Source: an uncultured Haloferacaceae archaeon
Lineage (GTDB): Archaea > Halobacteriota > Halobacteria > Halobacteriales > Haloferacaceae
NCBI GenBank assembly: GCA_964503105.1
Contig: CAZCYW010000006.1
Span: 15,276-79,275 of the forward strand
Length of the DNA: 64,000 nucleotides
Direction of reading: 5' to 3'
Below, one piece after another: positions 48,878-58,660 of the stretch (position 1 is its first letter; every line of letters starts with the position of its first letter). Under the pieces are notes generated by a model. The model made no database searches. It was not told the DNA's origin and was given only the letters and a program-made list of their open reading frames with translations. A program made the position numbers and the translations under genes.

Positions 48878-49660
48878 CTACAGGCAGTCGTCGACGACCG
48901 CCCGTAGCGTCCGTGTTGTTTCCGGGTCAGCCGAGCCGACATATCGGCCATCAGTTTCGACGGTATCGATCGCATCAACCCCGCTTTCGGCCGCCAAGAG
49001 GCTCCCGGCGTGCTGTTCGTAAATGTCCGGATAAAACCCGACTAGCCCCTCAATCGAGCCACGCGCAAGAAGTCCCCAGTCGACACAGGGAGCCCACGTC
49101 GTCACCACGCGCTTGCACTCGCGACGAAGGGCCAGCTCAAGCCTTTCAGCCTGCTTCGAACGGGATTCATCGAGCACCGCTGGCAACCCGATTACCAACG
49201 CAATTGTCCCGCGGTCAAGCGAGAGCCGAGTCGTTGCCGTCAGCGCCTGGCCGTTGAGCGTCGCTCCCGCGCCCCGTTGGGCGAGATACAGCGAGTCGGT
49301 CAGTGGCTCATATATTGCCGAGACAACGGGTTCATCCTCATAGAGAACTGCGGCGGCGGTCGCAAACTTCGGGTAGCCGCTGGCGAAGTTGTTGGTCCCG
49401 TCAAGCGGATCAACGACCCACCGGTAGTCGTGATCGCCATTTCGACCGGCTTCTTCGCCATGAAAGGCGTGCTCGGGAAACCGCTCGGCGATAACGGCCT
49501 GCACCCGCCGTTCTGACTCGCGGTCGGCAACGGCTTTGACATCGGTGCGGCTAAATTCGCCGTCAACCGGGCCGTTTCGGAATGCCCCGCTCAAATAGAT
49601 CCCACCTGCTCGGACTGCATCGGCGGCAACAGCCGCAAGTTCCTCGGTCGACAACTCCAT
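48878..49660 (-). CDS. suhB: inositol monophosphatase / fructose-1,6-bisphosphatase family (SuhB-like)
   Basis: start ATG 49660 (MELSTEELAAV...); IMPase motifs WVVDPLDGT and GGAAxxxVA-type C-terminal region. Confidence 0.8.
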   Translation of the reverse strand: MELSTEELAAVAADAVRAGGIYLSGAFRNGPVDGEFSRTDVKAVADRESERRVQAVIAERFPEHAFHGEEAGRNGDHDYRWVVDPLDGTNNFASGYPKFATAAAVLYEDEPVVSAIYEPLTDSLYLAQRGAGATLNGQALTATTRLSLDRGTIALVIGLPAVLDESRSKQAERLELALRRECKRVVTTWAPCVDWGLLARGSIEGLVGFYPDIYEQHAGSLLAAESGVDAIDTVETDGRYVGSADPETTRTLRAVVDDCL

Positions 49661-49770
49661 GCTGATTGTATGTCGAGCAAACCTATCAGCCCACGGATTC
49701 GTATGCTGAGAGTTCGTGGCCGGTAAACAGGTTGTTCCGGTATAATACACTACTACTATGTGTAAGATAG

Positions 49771-51186
49771 GTGGTATGGAAGCAATTACAACTACCGACT
49801 CGGTTCGTCTACTGTACTATTGTGGAAGATGCCTCTCAGTGCTGTCCGGACTGTCACTCGACAGAGACAACCGCACAAACAGTCTACGAGCACGTCGCAT
49901 GTGGCTGTATCCAGCCGCACACCCTGTTTGGGGATGGCTGTCCAAAGTGCGGTGACGAGGCCGATCCTGAATCGCTGAACGCAGTGGGTACAGTCCGTCA
50001 CTGTGAGGACTGCGGGACTCGATGGGTGCCCGAGAAAAAAACGGACCACTCGGCGACGGACAACCAGTCCGAACAACCCGCACTCGAGAGTGAGTTAGAT
50101 GCCTACCGATTTCACACCGATGACCGTGATGGCTGGCTGACTGGCATTCGAAACCGCATCGGCCGACGGCCGACAGTCGTGTTGTTTGTGCTGGTAATTG
50201 CGGCAGTTGGAATCGGTGGGGCGGCGATCGTCACACCCATGCTAGCCGAGGAGCCAAGTGAGCCGGCTACTGTCGCCGCTGACGCCGAGTGGGAATCATA
50301 CGAGACAATTGTTGTCTTCCGGAACGACGACATCCAGCCGTGGTACAAACAGGAGACGATGCGGGCGGTCGATCAGATATTTATTGACGAAGACGTCCCT
50401 GTCACACTCGGCGTGATTCCAGCTGTCGGCGGAAGCGACTCGACGATCACCGAAAGCGACGAGACTTGTCGGTATCTTCAATCGTTACTCACCGAACACC
50501 CCGGCCAGTTCGAGATGGCGACCCACGGCTATACACACGAAGAACGGACTGGGTTTCACGGCGGCAGTGAGTTCGGCGGAATCGACGCCGAGACCCAACA
50601 AACCTGGATGAATACCAGTACCGAGCTCATGGTCAAGTGTACCGGCGTACAGCCACAGACATTCATTCCGCCAATGAATACCTACGACGAAGCGACGGTT
50701 GTCGCCGCCAACGCTGCAGGCTACCAGACCATGTCGGGTGGTGACTGGTTTACCGACCGCTATTACAACGAAACCGGTGTGTTTCACGCTGGAGGGGCCC
50801 TCCACATATCCGAGGGAGCATCGTTTGTTGCCGACTGGGAAACAAACGAGTTCTACAGCCAAGACGAGCTCGAGGCGGCGTTTGATGACTCCTATGCGGA
50901 AAATGAGCTGCACATTCAGATGCTTCACTACCAGGAATTCGATTCGGACGCGAGCCAACAGCAGCTCCGAGAGCTTATCCAGCACATGAAGGAGACTAAT
51001 ACAACGTTTCTCACGCTTGACCAGCTCGCAACCGGACTCGAATCAGGCGAAATCCGAGAAACCGATGACGGCTGGGACGTGCGCGAACCGCTCACCGAAC
51101 CCGAGAACAGCCCCGATCGGCTAGCGGATGGGACAGCGGGATCACCCTCGTGGCTGCCGTTTTTCACCACAGAGACAGGACAATGA
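49771..51186 (+). CDS. Zn-ribbon / single-TM / polysaccharide deacetylase (NodB-homology-like) protein
   Basis: 471 aa; N-terminal cytoplasmic CxxC pairs (CPDCH...CPKCG...CEDCG), one TM helix, extracytoplasmic domain with carbohydrate-esterase-4-like motifs (FRNDDI; ATHGYTHEE). Confidence 0.5.
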   Translation: MVWKQLQLPTRFVYCTIVEDASQCCPDCHSTETTAQTVYEHVACGCIQPHTLFGDGCPKCGDEADPESLNAVGTVRHCEDCGTRWVPEKKTDHSATDNQSEQPALESELDAYRFHTDDRDGWLTGIRNRIGRRPTVVLFVLVIAAVGIGGAAIVTPMLAEEPSEPATVAADAEWESYETIVVFRNDDIQPWYKQETMRAVDQIFIDEDVPVTLGVIPAVGGSDSTITESDETCRYLQSLLTEHPGQFEMATHGYTHEERTGFHGGSEFGGIDAETQQTWMNTSTELMVKCTGVQPQTFIPPMNTYDEATVVAANAAGYQTMSGGDWFTDRYYNETGVFHAGGALHISEGASFVADWETNEFYSQDELEAAFDDSYAENELHIQMLHYQEFDSDASQQQLRELIQHMKETNTTFLTLDQLATGLESGEIRETDDGWDVREPLTEPENSPDRLADGTAGSPSWLPFFTTETGQ

Positions 51187-52694
51187 GACAGCGGCTTGCT
51201 GCAGTCGAATGGCCCTCGCTCATCCTGTTCTGTTCGGCACTGATTCCGTTCGGATTGCTTATCAGCGTCCTCCACACTGACACGGTTCGCGCCGTCGCCG
51301 TCTTCGTCTGTCTGATTGGTCTCTACGGTGCGTGGTCGTATTATGTCGTCACAACGCACTCGTCGCACGCGAGCGTATTTTCATTGCCAGGGCTGTGTCT
51401 CATGGTCGTTATATACTGTATCGCGGTTGTTGCGATCGGCTGGCTTCGGCCGTCGCTTATTGCCGCCGTCCATCTGTTTGCGATTGCGCTTATTTTCCTG
51501 TATTACTGGGTGATCGCTCTCGGAGCCGTCTATCATAACCAACGGTATGGATCCGGCAGCGAGGTAACCGACCCGGATCTGTCGATTAGTATACTCATTC
51601 CAGCACACAACGAGGAAGGGTACATTCAGCGGACGATTTCCGCCCTACTTGAAGCGGAGTATCCGACCGGTCAACGCGAAATCATCGTCATCGATGACGG
51701 CAGCACTGACGATACCTACTCAGAGGCCGCTGCGTTTCAGTCAGATATCGTGACCGTCGTCACGAAGGAAAACGGTGGAAAATACTCGGCGCTAAATTAC
51801 GGACTGCTGTTTGCGACCAACGAGATTATCGTAACTGTGAATGCCGACAGCGTCGTCGAAACCGATGCCCTACAGCGAATGGTTGCCCCGTTTCACACCG
51901 ACTCGGCGGTCGGGGCGGTCGCCAGTACGGTCACGATTTGGAACCGCAATTCGATTCTCACGCGCTGTCAGCAGCTCGAATACACGATCGGGGTCAACGT
52001 CTACAGACGAATGCTTGATCTCTTTGGAATCGTCATGGTCGTCCCCGGCTGTCTGGGGGCATACCGCCGCGACGTGATCGACGAGATTCACGCGTTCGAT
52101 CCCGAAACGTTGACCGAAGATTTCGATATCACAGTCAAAGTACTTCGTGCAGGCTACACGGTCCGAACCTGTCAAGCACGCGTTTACACTGAAGCGCCCG
52201 ATTCCTTGCGTGACCTCTACAAGCAACGACTTCGGTGGTACCGTGGCAACTATATGACGATGTTCAAACATCGTAGGATCGCCAGCGAGGGGCAGTCAGG
52301 ATTTTTACACCGGTTTGCGTTTCCGCTCCGGGCTGTTGAGCTGTTTTTTCTCCCCTTTGCAAGCTGGATTATTCTCGGGTTGATTATCCTGCTGTTGTTC
52401 ACCGGCGCAATCACACAGGTACTCTCAGTCTTTGTCTTTTTCACCAGCATCATCTTTCTCGTTGCTGCGCTCGGTGTCTACATCGAAGGCGAAGAGTGGG
52501 CGCTGCTCTGGTATACGCCACTGTTTGTCATCGGCTACAAGCATTTTCACGACGCACTGATGCTCAAGAGTCTGCTCGACGTACTGTTCGACCGAAATCT
52601 TTCGTGGACGCGGGCAACCCGAATCGAACAACGCACCTCCACCGAGCAGACCAAAGAAACCGAACCAGTAGCTGAGAGAACTATTTCAGAGTAA
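51183..52694 (+). CDS. processive family-2 glycosyltransferase (synthase type; PgaC/IcaA/NodC/cellulose-synthase-like)
   Basis: start ATG 51183 overlapping the upstream stop (ATGA); N- and C-terminal TM clusters flanking a GT-A domain with DDGSTDDT, VNADSV and QRLRW (QxxRW) motifs. Confidence 0.75.
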   Translation: MRQRLAAVEWPSLILFCSALIPFGLLISVLHTDTVRAVAVFVCLIGLYGAWSYYVVTTHSSHASVFSLPGLCLMVVIYCIAVVAIGWLRPSLIAAVHLFAIALIFLYYWVIALGAVYHNQRYGSGSEVTDPDLSISILIPAHNEEGYIQRTISALLEAEYPTGQREIIVIDDGSTDDTYSEAAAFQSDIVTVVTKENGGKYSALNYGLLFATNEIIVTVNADSVVETDALQRMVAPFHTDSAVGAVASTVTIWNRNSILTRCQQLEYTIGVNVYRRMLDLFGIVMVVPGCLGAYRRDVIDEIHAFDPETLTEDFDITVKVLRAGYTVRTCQARVYTEAPDSLRDLYKQRLRWYRGNYMTMFKHRRIASEGQSGFLHRFAFPLRAVELFFLPFASWIILGLIILLLFTGAITQVLSVFVFFTSIIFLVAALGVYIEGEEWALLWYTPLFVIGYKHFHDALMLKSLLDVLFDRNLSWTRATRIEQRTSTEQTKETEPVAERTISE

Positions 52695-52998
52695 CCGACC
52701 CCACGACGGACAGGCCGCACCACACAACAAACTGCAGAAAACCACCACCACAGAATGCATAACATAAATCACCACCACGGAATGCACAATATATAAGATG
52801 GTTTGCGACACACAGTTTGACGTGATTCACACTGGTGTCGAGATGGCGATGGCCACACCGACAGCAGTGCGTCCCGGCTTTCCGAAAAAACGTGGTTTCT
52901 GACTGCTCGGTGCGGGGTTGGCGACCCTGTTCCGGGTGCTTTTCATTGCTTCGCGTAGTGCGACGACTATACAGCAAATCCACCAACAAACCTAATCC

Positions 52999-53946
52999 AT
53001 GAACCAAATCGACTTCAGTGGGGTCTTCCCGGCGATGGTGACTCCCTTTACTGCGGACAACGAGATCGACACCGAAACACTCAGAACCGACGCCCAGCGG
53101 CTCGAAACAGCCGGCGTCGATGGCCTCGTCCCGGTTGGCTCAACCGGCGAGAGTGCAACCCTGAGCCATGCCGAACACGTCGAGGTCATCGAAGCGGTCG
53201 TCGACGCCGTCGAAGACGTCCCGGTCATTGCGGGAACGGGCTCGAACAACACGGCCGAAGCCCTGGAGCTCTCCCAGCAGGCCGCCGACGCCGGCGCTGA
53301 TGCCTTGCTGCTCATTTCGCCGTACTACAACAAGCCAGAGCCCGAGGGGATGTACGAGCACTACCGACAGATCGCCGAGGCGGTCGACCTTCCACAGATC
53401 GTCTACAACGTCCCCAGCCGAACCGGCCAGAACATCACCGTCGACACCGCCGTCAGGCTCGCCGAACACGACAATATTCGCGGCTACAAGGCCGCCTCGG
53501 GCGATCTCAATCAGATTTCCGAAGTCATCGAACGAACCCGCGGAAAGGACTTTGCGATTCTCTCGGGCGACGATGGCCTGACGCTCCCGATTCTTTCGAT
53601 TGGTGGCCACGGCGCGATTAGCGTTGTCGCCAACCTCGAACCCGAGCGGGCCTGTGCGATGGTCGGAGCGGCACTCGAAGAGGACTACGCCTTCGCGCGG
53701 GCGATCCACCACGAACTGGGCGCGCTCACCCGACAGCTCTTCGTCGAAACCAATCCGATCCCAGTGAAGGCCGCCATGGAGATGCGCGGCTATGCATCGG
53801 GGCGGCTCCGCTCGCCGCTGACCGAACTGTCGGATGAACACCGCCCGGCGCTGCAAGCGCGCTTAGACGAACTCGCTGGCGATGGTCCCGACACGGACCA
53901 GTCGGCTGCGGGAGACGACCCGGTCGAGACGGAGGTATCTGACTGA
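52999..53946 (+). CDS. dapA: 4-hydroxy-tetrahydrodipicolinate synthase
   Basis: 315 aa; DapA/NAL-family TIM barrel, GSTGE and Schiff-base Lys region (YNVPSRTG). Confidence 0.85.
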   Translation: MNQIDFSGVFPAMVTPFTADNEIDTETLRTDAQRLETAGVDGLVPVGSTGESATLSHAEHVEVIEAVVDAVEDVPVIAGTGSNNTAEALELSQQAADAGADALLLISPYYNKPEPEGMYEHYRQIAEAVDLPQIVYNVPSRTGQNITVDTAVRLAEHDNIRGYKAASGDLNQISEVIERTRGKDFAILSGDDGLTLPILSIGGHGAISVVANLEPERACAMVGAALEEDYAFARAIHHELGALTRQLFVETNPIPVKAAMEMRGYASGRLRSPLTELSDEHRPALQARLDELAGDGPDTDQSAAGDDPVETEVSD

Positions 53947-54716
53947 TGGTCAGGCTTGCAGTCACCGGTGCGGCCGGCCGGATGGGCCGTGAGGTGCTCG
54001 CCGCGGCGGCCGACCGCGAGGACGCTGAGGTCGCGTTCGCGGTCAACCGCAGCCCGGTCGACGAGCCGATTTCGGGCGTCGCTATCGAGTCGGCCGACGA
54101 GTTCGGGAGCCTGGTGGCCGACCACGAGCCCGATGTCGTCATCGACTTTACCGGTCCCGAATCGGCCGTTGACTACGCGACAGCGTGTGCACAGTACGCT
54201 GTCGGGTTCGTTACCGGGACAACCGGTTTCGACGAGATCGGACTGGCGGAACTCGAAGCCGCAAGCGACTCGACGGCTGTTCTCAAAGCGTCGAACTTCT
54301 CGCGCGGCGTCGCCGCCCTCCGCTTGGCGGTCCGGGAGGCAACCGCCGCGCTCCCCGACGCCGATATCGAACTCACCGAAACCCACCACAACGCCAAACG
54401 CGATGCCCCGAGTGGGACCGCGAAAACGCTGCTCGACGATATCGAGGGTGTTCGCGATGATCTCACCGAGCGCGTGCACGGCCGGGAGGGTGAGGCGCCA
54501 CGGTCGACCGGCGAAATCGGCGTCCACGCCCGCCGGGCGGGCGACGTTGCAGGCGAACACGAGGTGCTGCTTGGCGGGAGCAATGAGACGCTTTCGTTGA
54601 CACACCGCGCTGGTGACCGCTCGATTTTCGCCGACGGTGCGTTGGATGCAGCGGTGTGGCTGGCTGGACGTGAGGCTGGCTGGTACGACTTTTTCGGGGT
54701 TATTGAGAGTTCCTGA
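53946..54716 (+). CDS. dapB: 4-hydroxy-tetrahydrodipicolinate reductase
   Basis: 256 aa; N-terminal Rossmann GAAGRMG, E-T-H-H-x-x-K-x-D-A-PSGTA motif (ELTETHHNAKRDAPSGTA); start immediately follows dapA stop. Confidence 0.8.
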   Translation: MVRLAVTGAAGRMGREVLAAAADREDAEVAFAVNRSPVDEPISGVAIESADEFGSLVADHEPDVVIDFTGPESAVDYATACAQYAVGFVTGTTGFDEIGLAELEAASDSTAVLKASNFSRGVAALRLAVREATAALPDADIELTETHHNAKRDAPSGTAKTLLDDIEGVRDDLTERVHGREGEAPRSTGEIGVHARRAGDVAGEHEVLLGGSNETLSLTHRAGDRSIFADGALDAAVWLAGREAGWYDFFGVIESS

Positions 54717-54779
54717 GAGACCGCGTTCTGCTGGGTTGCTTGCCACCATTTTCGGTTAGCTGACTGCGAACGCGAGTCT

Positions 54780-55450
54780 TACAGCGGCGTGTATTCCTAA
54801 AGTTGAGTTCCATTGGTACGAAAGCCTGGAGATGTACACGCGGAGAAACAGTATTTTTGTAATCGTGAGACGAATTACAGGCCATAGGATAATATGAACC
54901 AGCGGAAGAAACTGAAACGAACGGTCATGGCTACCGGCCTGACACTTCTGATAACGATTATTGGATTTGCAATCAGTTTCACAACGGATACCGGAGCGGT
55001 ATTCATCTCGCTATTCACTGCAGTTACTATCGGGCTACTTGCACTGTTGGTACTTCTGTTTGGCACTATGCTCAGACGTGGAGGGCTGAGACATACTGAT
55101 CCAAAGAGTATCGGTTTGTTTGTCCTGAGTGCAACGGCACTGGCACTTGCGCTCTTGCACAGTACTACCCTCCAATCAGAGATTATTCTTCTACTCGTCG
55201 TTATCTTCGGACTCGCTCTCCCGCATGCATTCTTACAGTATACCCGTGTGGGGTCACGCCTCGAAGTCGAGTGACTGGTTGCAAACGTTCTCTGCTGCAT
55301 GTGTCTCTCCGTCGAGCGGCTGGCTGTTCCTCGCCGTACTCAATGGTTATATTCATGACTATAGAATGACAATTCATGCCCACCTTGTTGCTCCGGCGGT
55401 TTCTCAAACGCTTTCTGCGTGATGGAGGGTCTGATGACACCGGCACGGAC
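54780..55450. other. low-GC islet (~45-50% GC) between dapB and the cupin/dapD genes
   Basis: visible compositional drop relative to the flanks; contains the small membrane protein gene and ~350 nt without a convincing ORF. Confidence 0.5.
54894..55274 (+). CDS. small 4-TM membrane protein encoded in a low-GC islet
   Basis: 126 aa; strongly hydrophobic; codon usage (ATA, AGA, AAA, TTA) and GC (<50%) atypical for the flanking ~65% GC genome. Confidence 0.4.
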   Translation: MNQRKKLKRTVMATGLTLLITIIGFAISFTTDTGAVFISLFTAVTIGLLALLVLLFGTMLRRGGLRHTDPKSIGLFVLSATALALALLHSTTLQSEIILLLVVIFGLALPHAFLQYTRVGSRLEVE

Positions 55451-55681
55451 GGAGACAACAACCGTTTCGTCCCCTCTCCGCTCGATATTTCGGTACACGA
55501 GGCCCACGGCGGGAGCAGGGCCGCCGACCGCGAGATAGCGAACATTCAGGAACAAGCGAAAAAACGTCGCGGTCGATAACGTCAGAGCCAGCGCAGTCAC
55601 CAAGCCAGCCACTGCGTCGAAGACGTTCTGTGCAGTCGAATCTGTTCGGACTGTCTGTACTGAATATCGCTAACACACTAT

Positions 55682-56236
55682 ATGCAACTCTGTGACCTCC
55701 TTGCTCGCATGCCGACAGATACCACCGCGAGAGAGCCATCAGTCGTGGGCGTCGACGGCGGCACAGCGCTCTGGGCGTTCGGCGCGTTGATCGTTTGCAA
55801 AGCCAACGCCAAGCAGACCGATGGTGCGCTGACGCTCGTCGAATATACCGCTCCGCCAGGCAACGAATCACCCTTTCATGTCCATCACAACGAGGATGAA
55901 CTGTTCTACGTGCTCGACGGTGAGATCGTGTGTTACTACGGTGATGACGCCGAAAACAGGATTCGCGCAGGGTCGAATGAGACAGTCTTGCTGCCACGTA
56001 CCGTTCCCCATGGCTTCCGCGTGGTGGGCGAGGAGACGTGTCGGCTGCTTGTGCAGATTACTCCTGGGGGGCTTGAAGCGTTCTTCGCAGAAGTAGGCAC
56101 GCCAGCGACGCAGCGAGCGCCGCCACCACCACCAACCGAGCCGAACAGACCATCCGAGTCGGACGTAGCGGCGATGACAGCGGCTGCCGAGACCTACGGG
56201 ATCGAGATTCTCGGACCGCTTCCGAGAGAAGACTAA
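55682..56236 (+). CDS. cupin-domain protein (RmlC-like/quercetinase-like small barrel)
   Basis: 184 aa; cupin motifs G(X)5HxH (SPFHVHHNEDE) and PxGxxH (PRTVPHGF); proline-rich C-terminal tail. Confidence 0.65.
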   Translation: MQLCDLLARMPTDTTAREPSVVGVDGGTALWAFGALIVCKANAKQTDGALTLVEYTAPPGNESPFHVHHNEDELFYVLDGEIVCYYGDDAENRIRAGSNETVLLPRTVPHGFRVVGEETCRLLVQITPGGLEAFFAEVGTPATQRAPPPPPTEPNRPSESDVAAMTAAAETYGIEILGPLPRED

Positions 56237-56309
56237 TTGCAGCCGCTGGATGCAACCGCAATCGACGGGACTTATTTGCTGGCCAGAAAACCACGAGGTA
56301 CGTTCATCC

Positions 56310-57152
56310 ATGTCGACACTCGAATCCGAAATCACCGACCTGTGGAATCGCTACGACGACGGCCTGACGGCCGACGATGCAACCGACGAGGATCTCGCCA
56401 CTTTGGAAGTATTCCTCGAAGCGCTCGAAGCCGGCGAGGTTCGCTCGGCCGAAAAAACCGGCGAGAGCGTGACCTCATGGGAAGCCAACGCCTGGGTCAA
56501 ACAGGGGATTTTGCTCAACTTTGGTCTCCGGAACACCCAGCCACGCGAACACGGCGGTGTCACTTACTACGACGTACTCCCCCTACGCCGGACCGACGAT
56601 CTGGCCGAGCGCGGCACCCGCAACACCCCGGATGGAACCACTATCCGCCGTGGCGCGTATCTCGGTTCGGACTGCATCATGATGAGCCCCTCGTTCGTCA
56701 ACATCGGCGCGTACATCGGCGACGGCACGCTCGTCGACTCCTGTGATACGGTCGGCTCGTGTGCACAACTCGGCGAAAACGTCAAACTCGGTGCCAACAC
56801 GCTCATCGGCGGCGTTTTGGAGCCCGTCGAAGGCGCACCCGTCATCATCGAAGACAACGTCTCGCTCGGCGCGGGCTGTCGAGTCACCTCCGGCTTCAAA
56901 ATCGGTGAAAACTCGATCGTTGGCGAAAACACGCTGCTGACGCCGCGGATTCCGGTCTACGACCTGGTCGAAGAGGAGATCATCTACGGCCACCTCCCGT
57001 CCGACCGTCGTGCCTTTACCCGATTCGTCGAATCTTCGGTCAGCGATCACGACCTGTTCGACGGCGGCGCGTACAAGCCCGCGGTCGTTGCAACCGGTGT
57101 CGAAGACGAAACGCTCGAAGCAACCCAGCGCGAAGACGCCCTTCGCGAGTAG
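56310..57152 (+). CDS. dapD: 2,3,4,5-tetrahydropyridine-2,6-dicarboxylate N-succinyl/acetyltransferase
   Basis: start ATG 56310 (MSTLESEITDLW...); left-handed beta-helix hexapeptide repeats (GAYIGDGTLVDSC...GENVKLGANTLIGG...IIEDNVSLGAGCRV). Confidence 0.75.
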   Translation: MSTLESEITDLWNRYDDGLTADDATDEDLATLEVFLEALEAGEVRSAEKTGESVTSWEANAWVKQGILLNFGLRNTQPREHGGVTYYDVLPLRRTDDLAERGTRNTPDGTTIRRGAYLGSDCIMMSPSFVNIGAYIGDGTLVDSCDTVGSCAQLGENVKLGANTLIGGVLEPVEGAPVIIEDNVSLGAGCRVTSGFKIGENSIVGENTLLTPRIPVYDLVEEEIIYGHLPSDRRAFTRFVESSVSDHDLFDGGAYKPAVVATGVEDETLEATQREDALRE

Positions 57153-57450
57153 GTCGCTGAACCCAAGAGACCACCGAATCGACCGCTGAACGGGCAGTCG
57201 GACGGGTACGTATGCGGAATGTTGATGAATGGATTGGCAATCGATGGCACATCCGGTGGAGCTATGTGTATGAAGCGTCTGACTATGATAACGACTCGCA
57301 ACGTGCCGCCCGATTCTTCGTGGCCCTCCGGACACACGGACGAACCGAGAGCCGCCGTGCGGCACGTTCGCCTCCCACCGCGTCCAACGCAGTCGCTGTT
57401 GGCGGGAGGACACACCGGCTTTGGTGTGGATATCGCACCGACCAGCCACC

Positions 57451-58359
57451 ATGAGCAGCCTCAACCACGCAGTCAGATTCGAGAAATACCACGGCACCGG
57501 TAACGACTTTATTATCGTAGACGCGACCGATCCGATCGCCGACCGCGGTCGGTTTGCGACAACCTACTGTGACCGAACGGGTGGTGTTGGCCCTAGCAAA
57601 AACGCATCAACAGAGACGTTGCTACGGACCGGAGCCGACGGCGTGCTCTTTTTGGCGCTTGAAGACCGCTTTTCGCCACCACGTGTCGTGATGACGCTCG
57701 TCCAGCCCGATGGCTCGGTTGCGCCGACCTGCGGCAACGGCACCCGCTGTGCGGCGGTCTGGGCGATGGATCGGACCGGCACCGACGCCGTCATGATCGA
57801 TACGCAGGCCGGCACCCGCTGTGCCGTCCGTGAGTCGGCCGGCATCGCCGTCGAAATGGGGACACCGATGTTCGAACCCGAGCGAGTCCCGCTTTCGGCC
57901 GACCAGTCCGAGCCACTGATCGAAACCACGGTTTCGGGGCTTCCCGTCACCGCCGTCAACACGGGTGTTCCCCATGCGGTGACATTCGTCGAGGACGTTT
58001 CGGCCGTCGACGTCGACGATATTGCTCCCGCGGTGCGGCACGCGGACGTCTTTCCTGACGGCGTGAACGTGACGTTTGCCGAACGGATCGACTCCGACGG
58101 CGACGTGCCGCGATTTCGCCAGCGAACCTACGAGCGCGGCATCGAGGGCGAAACCGACGCCTGCGGGACGGGATCGGTCGCCATCGCAGCGGTCGCCCGC
58201 CGTCTGGGCCTGATCGCGGCCGACCAGCTCACGGTTGATATTTCGCTCCGCGGCGGCGACCTCCGAGTCACTGCTGGCGACCGTGGAGAGACGCTGCTCA
58301 TCGGCCCGGTCGCCTTCGAGTTCGACGGCGAGCTCTCAGCCGTTGTCGATCCAAAGTAG
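57451..58359 (+). CDS. dapF: diaminopimelate epimerase
   Basis: start ATG 57451 (MSSLNHAVRFEKYHGTGNDFIIVD...); two catalytic Cys regions (CGNGTRC; ACGTGSVA). Confidence 0.8.
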   Translation: MSSLNHAVRFEKYHGTGNDFIIVDATDPIADRGRFATTYCDRTGGVGPSKNASTETLLRTGADGVLFLALEDRFSPPRVVMTLVQPDGSVAPTCGNGTRCAAVWAMDRTGTDAVMIDTQAGTRCAVRESAGIAVEMGTPMFEPERVPLSADQSEPLIETTVSGLPVTAVNTGVPHAVTFVEDVSAVDVDDIAPAVRHADVFPDGVNVTFAERIDSDGDVPRFRQRTYERGIEGETDACGTGSVAIAAVARRLGLIAADQLTVDISLRGGDLRVTAGDRGETLLIGPVAFEFDGELSAVVDPK

Positions 58360-58370
58360 CAGTCGCGTTG

Positions 58371-58381
58371 GAGCAAAAAAA
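58371..58381 (-). terminator. oligo-T (minus strand) downstream of the large secreted-protein gene
   Basis: plus-strand gcaaaaaaacc ~50 nt beyond the minus-strand stop. Confidence 0.3.
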
Positions 58382-58431
58382 CCGGTTTAGGTACCGTGTG
58401 AAATAGTCCGACGCAGCCCGAACGGTCAGCC

Positions 58432-58660
58432 CTACTCTGTACTGTCGTCGTCACCGTTTTCGTCATTGCCGTTTCCGTCTTCCTCACCGTTTTCGCTGTT
58501 GTCGCCACTATCGTTGTCTCCGGTATCGCCGTCATTTCCGTCGTCGTCGTTGCCATTGCTGTCCCCGTTGTCATCACCGTCGTCTCCGTTGTCGATGCTG
58601 TCATCATCGCCAGTATCACCATTTTCGTCTCCGTTGTCGTCCTCACCATCGCCGTTCTCC
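58432..58660. repeat. low-complexity GAY/AAY/GGN-rich coding tract (poly D/N/G tail)
   Basis: plus-strand gtcgtc/gttgcc/atcacc iterations; translates (minus) to DDNGDENGDTGDDDS... Confidence 0.7.

Noticed and set aside
53140-54749. Two long minus-strand ORFs (238 and 319 aa)
   Set aside because: Antisense to dapA and dapB, both with clear family signatures.
55340-55612. Small ORFs (67 aa on +, 90 aa on -) in the low-GC islet
   Set aside because: Neither has convincing features (no motifs, mixed composition, mutually exclusive). Left unannotated; the region is flagged instead as a compositional islet.
55404-55997. 197-aa arginine-rich minus-strand ORF
   Set aside because: Antisense to the cupin gene; Arg-rich composition is typical of wrong-frame translation of GC-rich coding DNA.
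57153-57450. ~300-nt gap upstream of dapF with short ORFs (80 and 94 aa)
   Set aside because: The ORFs are Arg/Pro-rich and overlap each other in different frames, so they are likely non-coding. An ncRNA cannot be supported or excluded by eye.
56583-57497. 304-aa minus-strand ORF
   Set aside because: Antisense to dapD (hexapeptide-repeat protein); no independent support.
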